From Pachysolen tannophilus NRRL Y-2460 (taxonomy: Eukaryota), in the NCBI GenBank assembly GCA_001661245.1, contig KV454011.1, positions 286,108-350,107 of the forward strand: DNA of 64,000 nt, written 5' to 3'. The translations under genes and the position numbers were made by a program. Of the stretch, positions 10,925 to 22,868 are shown one piece after another; positions within the stretch are counted from its first letter, which is position 1, and every line of letters starts with the position of its first letter. The notes under the pieces were generated by a model, which worked only from the letters and a program-made list of their open reading frames with translations, was not told the DNA's origin and made no database searches.

Positions 10925-12268
10925 ATGTCTGGAAGGAGGATTGTAATTACTGGTGTTGGTCTTGTAACTCCTCTTGGAGTTGGTGTGAAGAATTCGTGGA
11001 CGAATTTGGTGAAGGGAAAATCGGGTTTAGTATCCACCAAGATATTAGATGAGTATGATAGGTATTACAAAGATATACCGAGTCAAGTTGTCGGTAAAGT
11101 TCCCGAATTGAAGGATGGTAATGTGAACGGTTTGGTTTTCCATGGTGGTGAAAGTAGTGGGTATTGGGATCCGACTAGTTTTCTACAGAATGGTGAAGTT
11201 AGGAAACTCCCCAGATTTGCACAATATGCTTTATGTGCTACTAAAGAAGCTTTATCCGATGCAAATTGGTTTCCTACACAAGAAGATGATTTAAATGATA
11301 CTGGTGTTTGTATCGGATCAGGAATTGGAAGTATTGAAGATTCTTTTAACAATTCGGTAAATTTCCATGAAAAGGGTTATAGGAAAATTCAACCTTTATT
11401 TGTACCTAAACTATTGGCTAATATGGCTTCAGGAAATGTATCTATAACTTATGGATTTAAAGGTCCAAATCATTCTGTATCTACAGCTTGTGCCACAGGT
11501 GTACATGCAATAGGAGATGCTGCTAGGTTTATAAAAGATGGATATTGTAATGTGATGGTTGCAGGAGCAACAGAAGCTACAATTCATCCTTTAGCCTTGG
11601 CTGGATTTGCTCGTGCAAAATCTGTAGTGACAAATTTTAATGATGACCCAACAGCTGCTTCAAGACCTTTTGATAAGGATAGAAACGGATTTGTATTAAG
11701 TGAAGGTTGTGGAATATTGATTTTAGAAAATTTAGATCATGCTTTACAAAGAGGTGTCAGTAATATTTATGGTGAAGTTGTTGGATATGGATTATCTGGA
11801 GATGGATATCACATAACATCACCTTCTCCAAAAGGCTTGGGGGCTCTGAGGGCAATGGAATTTGCATTAAAACAAGCAAATGTATTACCGAATGCTATTG
11901 ATTATGTAAATGCTCATGCCACATCAACATTATTAGGAGATAGAGCTGAAAATCAAGCAATTCAAACAATATTTGGCAATAACAATAAGGAATTAGCAGT
12001 TTCAAGCTCAAAAGGATCAATAGGTCATCTTTTAGGTGCTGCTGGTTCTGTAGAACTGATATTTGCCATATTAGCTATGCATAATAACGTTTTACCTCCA
12101 ACTTTGAATTGTGATTCTCCTGGAGGCGCTGAAGGTGATGATAAAGATAATTTTATTTTCAATTATGTTCAAAATAAAGCTCAAGATAAAGAGATCAATT
12201 ACTCTATGAGTAATAGTTTTGGATTCGGTGGTACTAATGCCTCCATTTGTTTTAAAAAAATTAAATAA
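10925..12268 (+). CDS. CEM1: Mitochondrial beta-ketoacyl-ACP synthase (FabF/OXSM type)
   Basis: Motifs RRIVITGVGLVTPLG, STACATG (catalytic Cys), VNAHATST, GHLLGAAG, SNSFGFGGTN. Homology begins at ATG 10925; an in-frame ATG at 10817 adds an acidic repeat. Confidence 0.95.
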   Translation: MSGRRIVITGVGLVTPLGVGVKNSWTNLVKGKSGLVSTKILDEYDRYYKDIPSQVVGKVPELKDGNVNGLVFHGGESSGYWDPTSFLQNGEVRKLPRFAQYALCATKEALSDANWFPTQEDDLNDTGVCIGSGIGSIEDSFNNSVNFHEKGYRKIQPLFVPKLLANMASGNVSITYGFKGPNHSVSTACATGVHAIGDAARFIKDGYCNVMVAGATEATIHPLALAGFARAKSVVTNFNDDPTAASRPFDKDRNGFVLSEGCGILILENLDHALQRGVSNIYGEVVGYGLSGDGYHITSPSPKGLGALRAMEFALKQANVLPNAIDYVNAHATSTLLGDRAENQAIQTIFGNNNKELAVSSSKGSIGHLLGAAGSVELIFAILAMHNNVLPPTLNCDSPGGAEGDDKDNFIFNYVQNKAQDKEINYSMSNSFGFGGTNASICFKKIK

Positions 12269-12363
12269 TGAAATCATAGTTATGAAATCTAATGAAGTTG
12301 TATAAATATCTATATCTATATCTATAACGAAAACAAACAAACAAAACATGCAATAACATTTAT

Positions 12364-13293
12364 CTAGTAAACTAATGGTATAATTCTATATCTAACAGTG
12401 TATTTTTTACCTTGTTCTTTACTTTTCTTTTGATAGAATTTAAAAGTTTCATTTGAAGAGACACTTAGGTTAACTAAAACCCATACAAGTATTACGAAAG
12501 CAGTTCTATCAGTCATCAATATAATGAATTCTGAAAGATATAAAAGAATCTCATCAAAATAGTGAGCACAACAGCATAATTTGAATAGTCCAAATCTTGG
12601 GATGCTATATTTAACTAACTTGGATAGATGAACATGATTTATATGTTGATCAATTGATGCAATAATAAACAATAAAATTGAGAAAATAATCCTCAAGTTA
12701 AATAAAGTTTTTGAATTGATTTTCTTTTCAATAATTGATGATTCATCTATAAAGTTAGGAATAGTTTTAATCAAGATATTCACATTGATTGCAAAATAAA
12801 AGAAAATTCCTACTACGTAATGTGAAACATTGATTTTAGAAAATTTGTTCGGTTTGAAATTGAAATAACACTCATAAAGTCTTCTTGATGCTTGAATTAA
12901 ATTCAAGAATAGCACTAATAACGATATATCATACGGTAAAGGGGTTTGAATTGAATTTGGTGATATTATAAATTTTTGTAAAAAATCCAAGGTTTCATCA
13001 CCAAGAACCAAAGATTTATTCTTTAAACTTATTAAAAAAATTATGAACAAACTTGAACATATAAACGATATTACATAAAAATGAATAAACCAGCTCTTTG
13101 GTAGTTGTAATTTCAAAAGAAAGGAAACTATTTTGTCTAGTTTAAATTTGCTTTTTCCCAGCTCTTTATTGGTGGATGTCTTGCCATATTTTAAAAATTC
13201 TGAAGATAGTGAAAATAAAGTTGCTAAAAGAACTAAACTTGTAAAATTAATCAACACTATATCAATCAAATGGCCTAAATAACTATAGACCAT
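12364..13293 (-). CDS. DFG10: Polyprenol/polyprenal reductase (steroid 5-alpha reductase family)
   Basis: Motifs FLKYGKT, PKSWFIHFY, RRLYEC, HYVVGIFFY, CAHYFDEILLY, IIPLVY; several TM segments. Confidence 0.88.
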   Translation of the reverse strand: MVYSYLGHLIDIVLINFTSLVLLATLFSLSSEFLKYGKTSTNKELGKSKFKLDKIVSFLLKLQLPKSWFIHFYVISFICSSLFIIFLISLKNKSLVLGDETLDFLQKFIISPNSIQTPLPYDISLLVLFLNLIQASRRLYECYFNFKPNKFSKINVSHYVVGIFFYFAINVNILIKTIPNFIDESSIIEKKINSKTLFNLRIIFSILLFIIASIDQHINHVHLSKLVKYSIPRFGLFKLCCCAHYFDEILLYLSEFIILMTDRTAFVILVWVLVNLSVSSNETFKFYQKKSKEQGKKYTVRYRIIPLVY

Positions 13294-13545
13294 ACTTGAA
13301 TTTATAACACCTTTTTCAACAAGGGCTTAGTAGAAGGAAAGAATCAAGCTAAAATAAATCATTTGATAAAGGGAAGATATATGTATTAAAAAAAAAATAA
13401 GTTAAAAGGGTTAATATATTTGCGTAAGCTTTTTTTATATGAAATAATATCTATAAGAGCAGTTATAGAAAAAATAGTTGAAAAAAAAAACAACAAAAAA
13501 AAAAGACCCGAAAACTATCTACGAAGCACTTAATATGCCTTTGGT

Positions 13546-16223
13546 TTAGTGACCGACTTCCTTGTGTTTATAAAATTGATTGACAAATCTTAAGACACCT
13601 CCATTATCGTCATCATCCTCATCGTAGTCGTCATCGTTACCTTCTTCGTTGACATCCGACATATCCTCATCCTTTCTTTTTTTCCTCCTATTCGGAACGC
13701 CATAGTACTCTTCATTCAAATGCGGTAAATTAGTTTGGAATGACTCTCCCAAGATGAAACTATTGTTCAAATTAGAGATATTGCTGCTATCGTTGTTGAT
13801 TGTATGTGGTTGCTGTCTTTGCGTTAATTTAGATGTATAATATGCAGAAGATGACGGATCTAACAACCCAGAATACATTGGATTCTGTAGCTTACTATTG
13901 CCGTTGAATCCGTTTTGTTGCGATGGAACATATCTTCTTGAATGCGACAAGGCATAAATACTATTATTGATATTACTGGCCATGTTTGCCTGACCAAAAG
14001 AAGTTGGAGTCTTGGTATCGTACATGGAATTGTACATTACTGATCTTTGTAGACTTGGATTGTACTTCATATTACCGTAGTTGTTTGCAGTACCACTACT
14101 GCTGTTGCTTGATGCAAAGTTACTATTAGCAACACCACCATAACTTTCTAGGAAATACATATACGACTTGATCATCTTGTCATCATTAGATGAGTAATAC
14201 TCATCTCTTAGCTTGTCTTTATGATTATTTCTATGCTTGACGTAACCATCACTATTTTTATGATTATTATTATTATGGTTGTTGTTGTTATTGTTATTAT
14301 CACCTGCACCATGAACAACAACACCATTGCCTTTAGTATTTTTGATGTTTTTATTCTCATCGAAATTAAACATCGCAAAAGTGCAAACATATCCGAGTCC
14401 ATCCACATGTACACTGAATTCCCTAAAGAAATCAATTATTCTATTACTTGATTTTGGAAGTGAAATACAAAGAATAAATGGTAATAAAATCAAACTCATT
14501 AATTCTTTGAGAATTATAATAAGTTTTAAATTGTAAAATTTTAAAAACTCATTTTTAACTTCTTCTGAATGGAGTTTTCCTTCCCATTCTCCTGGTAAGT
14601 AATGTGTAAATTGAGCAACATACCTTAAACTTGCTTCAGGATCAAAAACCAAAGTTTCATCTTGGATTGAATTTTTACATATTGTATAAACTGCTCCTAA
14701 AGATGAAATATAAAACAATACAGTCTTGTGATAAAAAATTTCAAAATTTAAGAAATTTTCCGGATCTAATATCGTTAATACTACTAATATAGATAGTAAT
14801 GATTCAGCTAAAAATGCTAAAAATTTTAAAACCAAATCAATTTTCTTCTTGGGGAATTGATTTATATATTTTGTTGCTGCTTCATTAGATAAATTCAATC
14901 TTTTCTTGAAAATATGATATAATTCATTAAACTCTCTTAATTTCCACATAGCTAATGGTGTATATTCTCTATTTCCAATCAAATTTGGATTTGTTCTGAA
15001 TTCATAGAAAAAAGTTAAGAAGTAGTATAATATGAAATAACTTACTAAGAATGGAGCCAATATAATGTTTAAAATACCGGCAATTATAAACCTTTTCCTT
15101 AGTTCTTCTGATAATTTCAATCTGTTGGATTCTTTTAAAAATTTTGGATTCAATTGACCATTTTCCTGCTGAAAGACAAAGTCAAATATGCATAAATTTA
15201 AATTCCATTCTAATGTCTTTGTTAAAAATAGTTCATTATTTGAAGATTTGAAAAAAGGTAACGATAAATTTAAAATATTTTTATTGAACAATGCGATAAC
15301 GTAATTTTCTTTTCTCATAATTCTATTAGCAATATCATGTGCATTTAGTCTTTTTTTAGATTTCAAATCATTGCTAATAACGTTATGATAATTATCTGAA
15401 ACCATAGCATTAGTATTTTGATCTCTTAAAATCATAATTTTTTGAACAATTAAACTCCAACTAATGGTTTGTAATTCTTCATCTTTTATTCCTAAAAGAT
15501 GATTATAAAAATTTTGAATATCTCTCAATTTTTTGTAATCTTCAAGTATAAATGATTTAATTTTAATTACTAAAAGTACCTCAACAACATAAAGGAAAAA
15601 CTTTTGCTTTAAAGGTATCTTAGAATAACATTGTGGAATCTTAACTTCACTATAATTAGTTACATGATTATTTTGTGAAAGTAATAAACCAAAATCAATA
15701 CAATTGCTCATAAACAAAGTTAAAAAGATAATGAAACATAGAGTTAACCAATCAATAACTTTGCTTATAATAATACATTGTAATCCATTACCAATGAAAT
15801 AAGCATAAACATCTGTAAGAAATTTATCCAAATTAGAAACGTTTGCCCATACCCATAACGATCTTTCTAAAGGAGTCAAGATTCCCAAATTTTTTCTTAA
15901 AAGTTTTTCCTGACTATTATCACCGTTGTTACCGTTACGTTGATCTTGACGACTAGTTCCTGACAGTCTCCTATTACTACTATATATATATTGAGGTGGA
16001 GGTGGCAATTTGTTATTGTTATTGTCGCCCCCATCATTAGTAGTATGATGATTTTTATTGACATCGTTTCTGTTATTTAAATTAAAAGATATATTCTTTG
16101 GCAATTTGTTCAAGGTCTTATTGGTTAAAACTCTTGCTCTTTGAGATATTCCACCTCCATTACCCAAATTGGTATTGGGATTATTACTATGACCAGATAG
16201 TAATATACCAGCATTATTATTAA

Positions 16224-16262
<39 letters not shown>

Positions 16263-16710
16263 GTTGATTATCGTCCTTCTTTATTGTATCGTCAATTAAA
16301 TTATTGTTTTCAACCATCAAACTCTCAGGCACTATGCCTTCACCTTCATCTTCAGACTCCGAGTCTTGTAATAAAGCATCATGACTCCCATCACTATCTT
16401 CATCTTCATCTTCATCTTCCTCCTCGTCATCTTCACTTTCTGAACTTATTGCATTATTATTACCCATACTCCTTATACGGCCACTTCTACCATTATTCTT
16501 TCCCCCAAAAACACGCTTCCCACCACTGCTATCTCCATGATCACTACCATGATTATCGTCATATTCCTGGTTTTGAGTCTTATAAAGAGATAACTCAGTC
16601 TCGTTATCATCGGTTAACAATGGCGTATCGCCATTGGGATAACTCGAACTTATTCCAAACACCCGAGACAAAAACGTATTGTTATTATTTATATCATTCG
16701 GACTCGCCAT
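13546..16710 (-). CDS. ATG9: Autophagy lipid scramblase Atg9
   Basis: Motifs WVWANVSNLDKFL, AHDIANRIMRKENY, WKLREFNELYH, THYLP, IIDFFREFSVHVDGLGYVC; Asn-rich disordered termini. Confidence 0.97.
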
Positions 16711-17099
16711 TTTTCCTCCCTACTATTCTATTCACTTTCTTAATTGATCTATATGATTACTTTAAACACGTATACTTCCATTTGTATCTATTAATTATAT
16801 ATATATATATATATATAAATATATTCATCTTTTGTTATTAAGGTACAGACTTGCCATCTTATCGTTTGTTAAAGAATTTAGTAAGAGAAATGAAAACAGT
16901 CGTGCTCAATCGCACAAATATACAAAAACGGAAATATTTTTATTTCCCCCAAAAAAGTTAGGATTACATAATACAAACTTTAATTACCCCCTTTTGTATT
17001 TCTATATTCTAGTTTCAAGAGCAATTGGTTAAAAGAACAAGTTTGTGTGTTTATATAAGTGTGTATTAGTTGGTTTTATTGATCTATAAATGAAAATCA

Positions 17100-19493
17100 C
17101 TATAACTTTTTCGATTGTCCAATAAAATTAATGGCACTTCCTGCTTTGAAGAAGCCAATTTGGTCTTTTGACATTGTATGTTTGCATCTGATGTCAAAAG
17201 TTTCTCCATTTGGTTTTTTCACTTGGAGTACTAATATGCCTCCGTTATTACCTTCTTTTTCAACCATTTCAATCAATCCTTTGGTGGTGATTTCATCATG
17301 GGAGCCTATTTTATCATAATCAGCTTCATTTTCGAAAACTAATGGTAACATTCCTTGTTTTTTCAAGTTAGTTTCATGGATTCTTGCAAATGATTTAACC
17401 AATATGATACAACCATTTAAAAATCTTGGTTGTAAAGCAGCATGTTCTCTTGCAGAACCTTCTCCATAATTGTGCTCTGCAACAACGATCCAAGGTCTTT
17501 TTTCTTCTTTCCATTTAAACATCAATTCAGGAATTTGGTAAGGTTTACCATCAAGATCATATGCAGTATTAACTTCACCTGTTTCTTTATTTTGAGCACC
17601 AATCAAAGTATTATAAGCAATGTTTTCTAAATGACCTTTATATTTAAGCCATGCACCTGCTGCAGAAATATGATCCGTAGTACATTTACCTTCAACTTTT
17701 AATATAACTGTAGCTTTTAATTCTTTACCATCCCAAGGTTTAAAAGGTTCCAATAATTGTAATCTTTCTGATTTTGGTGATACACTTACAGGAACATCAG
17801 CTTTTGGTTTTGGAGCCAATTCAGGGTAAAAACGATCTCTTCCTGGAATAAACCCTTTACCTGGTAATTCTTCACCAACAGGTGGATCAAATTTAAAATC
17901 TTGACCATTTTCCAATTTTATAGATTGGGTTAATGGATTAAAATTCATATCACCTGAATAAATCATTGCTGTAACAATATCTGGAGATGTTAAAAAATTC
18001 ATTGTATTTCTATTCCCATCATTTCTTGCTCTGAAATTTCTATTGAATGAAGTTAATATTACATTTGTTTCTTTTTTATCAAAATCTTTACCACGATCCC
18101 ATTGGCCAATACATGGACCACATGCATTTGCCAACACTACAGCTCCATTTCTTTCAAATACATCGATTAAACCATCACGTTCAATAGTTGCTCTAATTTG
18201 TTCTGATCCTGGGGTAACAAAAAATGGAATCTTAGGTTTCAATCCAGCTTTTTCAGCTTGCTTGATAATCGATGCAGCTCTAGACATATCCTGATACGAA
18301 GAATTAGTACAACTTCCAATCAAACCAGCAGATATAGTTTCTGGCCACTTATTTTCCTTTGTAGTTTCCAGTAATTTAGAAATCGGTGTTGATAAATCTG
18401 GAGTAAAGGGACCATTAACAGATGGTTCTAAAGTATTCAAATCCAACTCAATAATTTGATCATATTCTGCCCCTTCATCAGCTTGTAAAAATTTAAAATT
18501 ACGATTAACACTTTCTGCAGCTTTTGCAATTGGTTCTCTATTTGTAGAGACCAAATATCTATAATGAGCATCTTGCATTGGGAAAGTTGAAGTTGTAGCT
18601 CCAATTTCAGCACCCATATTACAAATTGTAGCCATACCTGTACAACTCAACGATTCAACACCATCACCAAAATATTCAACAATAAAACCTGTACCTCCAC
18701 GAACAGTTAACATACCAGCTAATTTGGTGATGATATCCTTTGGTGAAACCCATCCACTTAAATGACCTGTTAACTTAACACCAAGAATTTTAGGTGCCTT
18801 TAATTCCCATGGTGTCCCAGTTAACGCATCAACAGCATCTGCACCTCCAACACCAATGGCAATAGCTCCTAACCCACCAGCGTTTGGAGTATGCGAATCT
18901 GTTCCTAACATCATCAACCCAGGAACAGAGAAATTTTCAAGAACAATTTGATGAATTATACCAGAACCTGGACCCCAAAATTGAATTCCATATCTTTCAC
19001 CACATGATTTCAAGAAATCAAAAACTTCTTGATTTGTTGAAATTGAAGCTTTTAAATCAGATTCTGCACCTTTTTCAGAACCAACAATTAAATGATCACA
19101 ATGAATAGAAGCAGGAACAGCAGTCTCAGGTAAACCACAAGTCATAAATTGTAATAAAGCCATCTGTGCAGAAGCATCTTGCATGGCAACTCTATCTGGA
19201 TTCAATTTTAAATATTCTTTACCACGAATATCATGAACATTATGAAATCCAGATATTTCTTCAGGTTCTACCAAATGAGAATACAAGATTTTTTCAGCCA
19301 ACGTTAAAGGTTGATTATTCAATATTCTTTGAACCTTACTAAGATTATTAATAAGTTTTTCATACGGTGGTGTTCTTGATTTGAAAATCTCTGGGACATG
19401 ATGAAAAGCATCAGAAGACGAAGTTATCGTAGCTAATGATCTCTGTATCAATCTAGCTGATATATTTTTCAAAGGTTTCCTCACACTTAACAT
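17100..19493 (-). CDS. ACO2: Mitochondrial aconitase-family protein, Aco2 type (probable homocitrate dehydratase)
   Basis: Motifs DRVAMQDASAQMALLQF, HCDHLI, GSCTNSSY, ANACGPCIGQW, NYGEGSAREHAALQPR. QDASAQ and GEGSARE are Aco2-type variants. Confidence 0.9.
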   Translation of the reverse strand: MLSVRKPLKNISARLIQRSLATITSSSDAFHHVPEIFKSRTPPYEKLINNLSKVQRILNNQPLTLAEKILYSHLVEPEEISGFHNVHDIRGKEYLKLNPDRVAMQDASAQMALLQFMTCGLPETAVPASIHCDHLIVGSEKGAESDLKASISTNQEVFDFLKSCGERYGIQFWGPGSGIIHQIVLENFSVPGLMMLGTDSHTPNAGGLGAIAIGVGGADAVDALTGTPWELKAPKILGVKLTGHLSGWVSPKDIITKLAGMLTVRGGTGFIVEYFGDGVESLSCTGMATICNMGAEIGATTSTFPMQDAHYRYLVSTNREPIAKAAESVNRNFKFLQADEGAEYDQIIELDLNTLEPSVNGPFTPDLSTPISKLLETTKENKWPETISAGLIGSCTNSSYQDMSRAASIIKQAEKAGLKPKIPFFVTPGSEQIRATIERDGLIDVFERNGAVVLANACGPCIGQWDRGKDFDKKETNVILTSFNRNFRARNDGNRNTMNFLTSPDIVTAMIYSGDMNFNPLTQSIKLENGQDFKFDPPVGEELPGKGFIPGRDRFYPELAPKPKADVPVSVSPKSERLQLLEPFKPWDGKELKATVILKVEGKCTTDHISAAGAWLKYKGHLENIAYNTLIGAQNKETGEVNTAYDLDGKPYQIPELMFKWKEEKRPWIVVAEHNYGEGSAREHAALQPRFLNGCIILVKSFARIHETNLKKQGMLPLVFENEADYDKIGSHDEITTKGLIEMVEKEGNNGGILVLQVKKPNGETFDIRCKHTMSKDQIGFFKAGSAINFIGQSKKL

Positions 19494-20260
19494 TTCGGCT
19501 GGGCCAAAAAAAAAAATTAAACTAAACTAAACTAGTTTATCTAACTACTGAGGAAAACTTTTATTCTTCAATAAATAAATAAAAAAAAATAAAATAAATG
19601 AAAGAAACAAAGGTATTAAAGAATTCAAATGTAAATAAATTATAATATTCTCCAAAATATTTGTCCAATCATTTATCAAAAATTGATAATGACTAAAAGA
19701 ATTTTTGAAAAATAAATTTTTCACCGAAGTCGCTATGCAAGATGATCCTGTAAAGGACTGAAAAATAAAATAATACATAAACTTTAACACAGAACAGTAA
19801 AAATACGATTTGTGTATTATACAATTTATAAACCATAAAAATAGTTTTCTCTTTTATTCTATATTATTTATTTTCTTTTTTAGTTTATCTAATTCATTTT
19901 TTTTTGAAAAAGCAAAAAACAAAACTCAACTTCTATATTATGAAATTATTAGTTAGTTAAATTGAAAATCATCTGTTTTTTTTTCCTATGCACAAAAAAA
20001 AAAAAAAAAAAAAAGTACCACACTGCAAAACCATAAATATAATAGATGATAGAGAATTTATAACAGTGAAGTCAAGAAAAAAAGAAACCGTCTAAACTGA
20101 AAAGCAAATGAAAGGGATCCACAAAAAAATCAAAAAAAAAAAAAAAAAAAGCCGGTATGAAAAGATGATATTTAAGAGAATAAAATATTGTTATGAAGGT
20201 TCCGAAAACAACAACAAAAAAAATTATTAGAAAAGTAAATGATAATAATGAAAAAAAAAA

Positions 20261-20729
20261 NNNNNNNNNNNNNNNNNNNNNNNNNNNNNNNNNNNNNNNN
20301 NNNNNNNNNNNNNNNNNNNNNNNNNNNNNNNNNNNNNNNNNNNNNNNNNNNNNNNNNNNNNNNNNNNNNNNNNNNNNNNNNNNNNNNNNNNNNNNNNNNN
20401 NNNNNNNNNNNNNNNNNNNNNNNNNNNNNNNNNNNNNNNNNNNNNNNNNNNNNNNNNNNNNNNNNNNNNNNNNNNNNNNNNNNNNNNNNNNNNNNNNNNN
20501 NNNNNNNNNNNNNNNNNNNNNNNNNNNNNNNNNNNNNNNNNNNNNNNNNNNNNNNNNNNNNNNNNNNNNNNNNNNNNNNNNNNNNNNNNNNNNNNNNNNN
20601 NNNNNNNNNNNNNNNNNNNNNNNNNNNNNNNNNNNNNNNNNNNNNNNNNNNNNNNNNNNNNNNNNNNNNNNNNNNNNNNNNNNNNNNNNNNNNNNNNNNN
20701 NNNNNNNNNNNNNNNNNNNNNNNNNNNNN
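20261..20729. other. Assembly gap (469 N)
   Basis: Run of N flanked on both sides by AATG plus poly-A. Confidence 0.99.
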
Positions 20730-20774
20730 AAATGAAAAAAANAAAAAAAAAAAAAAAAAAAAAAAGATAAAAAA

Positions 20775-22868
20775 TCAGCAACCTACTAACTTATTACCTG
20801 GAATGGTGTAACCAGCGCCAGTCCATGTTGTCTTATTGTAATCCTCATAAGCATCTGGATGAGCTTCAATGTAGTCGTAGGTTGGATAATCATCAGGATC
20901 ACATGTGAGTGAAATAGAATCATTTGGTTGATAGATTCTAACATAGTCAACACTAAGAGTGACTGGGAAAGCAATAGAAGGCCAATCGATATATGCCCAA
21001 TTATTGGAAATACCTAAATTCATGATAATTGACATTGGTTCTTTTGAAATTCTTCTAAAATCAATATTACCATTTGGTGACAATGCATAAGATCTAACGG
21101 TAAAAGTTGGATCATCACCAACAAACCATCTAACATAACCATCGTCATCATCATTTAAATATTCATAAGCATATTTCTGATAATCATGAACACCAGATGA
21201 ACCCAACTCATACCATGTAGTATTCAAAGTAGTTGTTGCAGAAACAGCTTGTTGATTAGGTCCACCAGTATATGTATTCATTGTAGTGATTGAAAAATTA
21301 TAAATTTCAGTAAAATTATAATCAGGATAATACCAAATATCCATTGGGGCGATTTGTAAAGATTGTGAAGCAACACCTACACCAACGGTAGTATCCATTT
21401 CACCTTCAATAATATCAATTTCTGGAGCTCCTCTACCAGTACCTGGATTTGGATGTTCATCACCTTCACAAGTACATGAATTTAATCTTTGACCTGGTAA
21501 ATAAGAAATACCATCTGGAGAAGATTGATTTGGTGTTATACCAACATCACATGCTTCATAAGAATATGGCCATACACCATAAGTAGTGGCCATATAACCT
21601 GGTCTACCCAAGTTTCCCATTGACCAAAGACCTGGCCATAATCCAGTAACGTTACCATAATTAGGAAATCTAGCTGAAATTTCCAATACTCCTTGAGTAA
21701 AACATAATCTATTCCAAGAATGTAACATACCAGATCTATAGAATAAATCATGATTTTTAAAAGCATCCATTCTCATTTTCACTGTACCATTTCCTGTTGT
21801 TACTGCATCGGGATCATACCATTCTAAATCTTCAGTAGCAGCATAATTTAAATCTGCAGCATACCAAAATTGATCATCACCATCATAAAAAGTTCTTCCT
21901 TCAGCATTGAATTCATCACTGAAAACTAAAGTCCATTCAGAACCATCCAAAGCTGTTCTTGAATAAACATCATCTGGAGTATCAGGATCAACTAATGATG
22001 TTCTTATCAGTGAAAGTTGAGGATATGTATAATCAGTCAAAACGGTATATTCTGATTCAACCACAGTACTTGTATCTGCTATACCTGTATATGTTAATAA
22101 TGGAAGTATTACAAACACCAGGATAGCTCCTGCAATCATAAATAAAAATCCAAAAACACCACCAGCAGATCTTTTATCCATTGATTTTAAATCATATAAA
22201 AATCTATTTTTATCATATTGAGCATCCAGTATTGGATCTGGGTTATGCAAATAATCATCTGGTTCTTTATCTTCAATATGTAAAGGGAAAGAAGAAGCTG
22301 GATAACCACCAAAGGGAGAAAAATCTGCATCTATTAATAATGGATTTGTTGACCTATCACTTAATGAAGAATCATCTCTATTTAAATGTTGTAATAAACT
22401 TGATCTTGAACCCAGAGAAGCATATGACAAGACCCTTGATGAATTTATAGCAGAAGGATACCTATCAAATTCAGGAGGTGTCAATCCATTTGTATGACCT
22501 GATGCATTCAAGAAATTAGCAGCGGTAAAATCATTTGGAGTTGTTGGATTAAAGATCTGAGATTCTGTGGCACTATTTCTTATACCATCACCCCCTCTTC
22601 CTCCAAGTGCAGCAGCGCCAACACCTGTCCCAGCAGCAGCGGCGGCAGCACCAGTAGCAGCACCAGCAGCACCAGCACCACCACCGGCGGCAGCATCCAG
22701 ATTCGTCAATGAAGTGGTTGAATCATAACCTTCATCAAAAGTCATGCTGTTTGCATGTTGTGCTCTCTGATAATCATCTTCAGTAGTGAAAGGATTCTCC
22801 AACGAATCATCAGAATTATCGTTTGCATTCCCAAGGGTTGGTGTTCCTGTTAAATTCCTTGTACTCAT
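20775..22868 (-). CDS. KRE6: Beta-1,6-glucan synthesis protein, Kre6/Skn1 family (GH16-like, type II membrane)
   Basis: Motifs DFSPFGGYPASSFPL, EPDDYLHNPDP, one TM helix, LVFSDEFNAEGRTFY, GRGAPEIDIIE. KRE6 and SKN1 cannot be distinguished. Confidence 0.92.
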   Translation of the reverse strand: MSTRNLTGTPTLGNANDNSDDSLENPFTTEDDYQRAQHANSMTFDEGYDSTTSLTNLDAAAGGGAGAAGAATGAAAAAAGTGVGAAALGGRGGDGIRNSATESQIFNPTTPNDFTAANFLNASGHTNGLTPPEFDRYPSAINSSRVLSYASLGSRSSLLQHLNRDDSSLSDRSTNPLLIDADFSPFGGYPASSFPLHIEDKEPDDYLHNPDPILDAQYDKNRFLYDLKSMDKRSAGGVFGFLFMIAGAILVFVILPLLTYTGIADTSTVVESEYTVLTDYTYPQLSLIRTSLVDPDTPDDVYSRTALDGSEWTLVFSDEFNAEGRTFYDGDDQFWYAADLNYAATEDLEWYDPDAVTTGNGTVKMRMDAFKNHDLFYRSGMLHSWNRLCFTQGVLEISARFPNYGNVTGLWPGLWSMGNLGRPGYMATTYGVWPYSYEACDVGITPNQSSPDGISYLPGQRLNSCTCEGDEHPNPGTGRGAPEIDIIEGEMDTTVGVGVASQSLQIAPMDIWYYPDYNFTEIYNFSITTMNTYTGGPNQQAVSATTTLNTTWYELGSSGVHDYQKYAYEYLNDDDDGYVRWFVGDDPTFTVRSYALSPNGNIDFRRISKEPMSIIMNLGISNNWAYIDWPSIAFPVTLSVDYVRIYQPNDSISLTCDPDDYPTYDYIEAHPDAYEDYNKTTWTGAGYTIPGNKLVGC

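Noticed and set aside
5506..16710. Autophagy gene cluster (BCAS3-like gene plus ATG9)
   Set aside because: Three unrelated genes separate them and no shared regulatory signal is visible, so chance proximity is enough.
20193..20811. Three ORFs spanning the N run
   Set aside because: Artefacts of translating N. Both flanks read AATG plus poly-A, so the gap may simply be an unresolved homopolymer.
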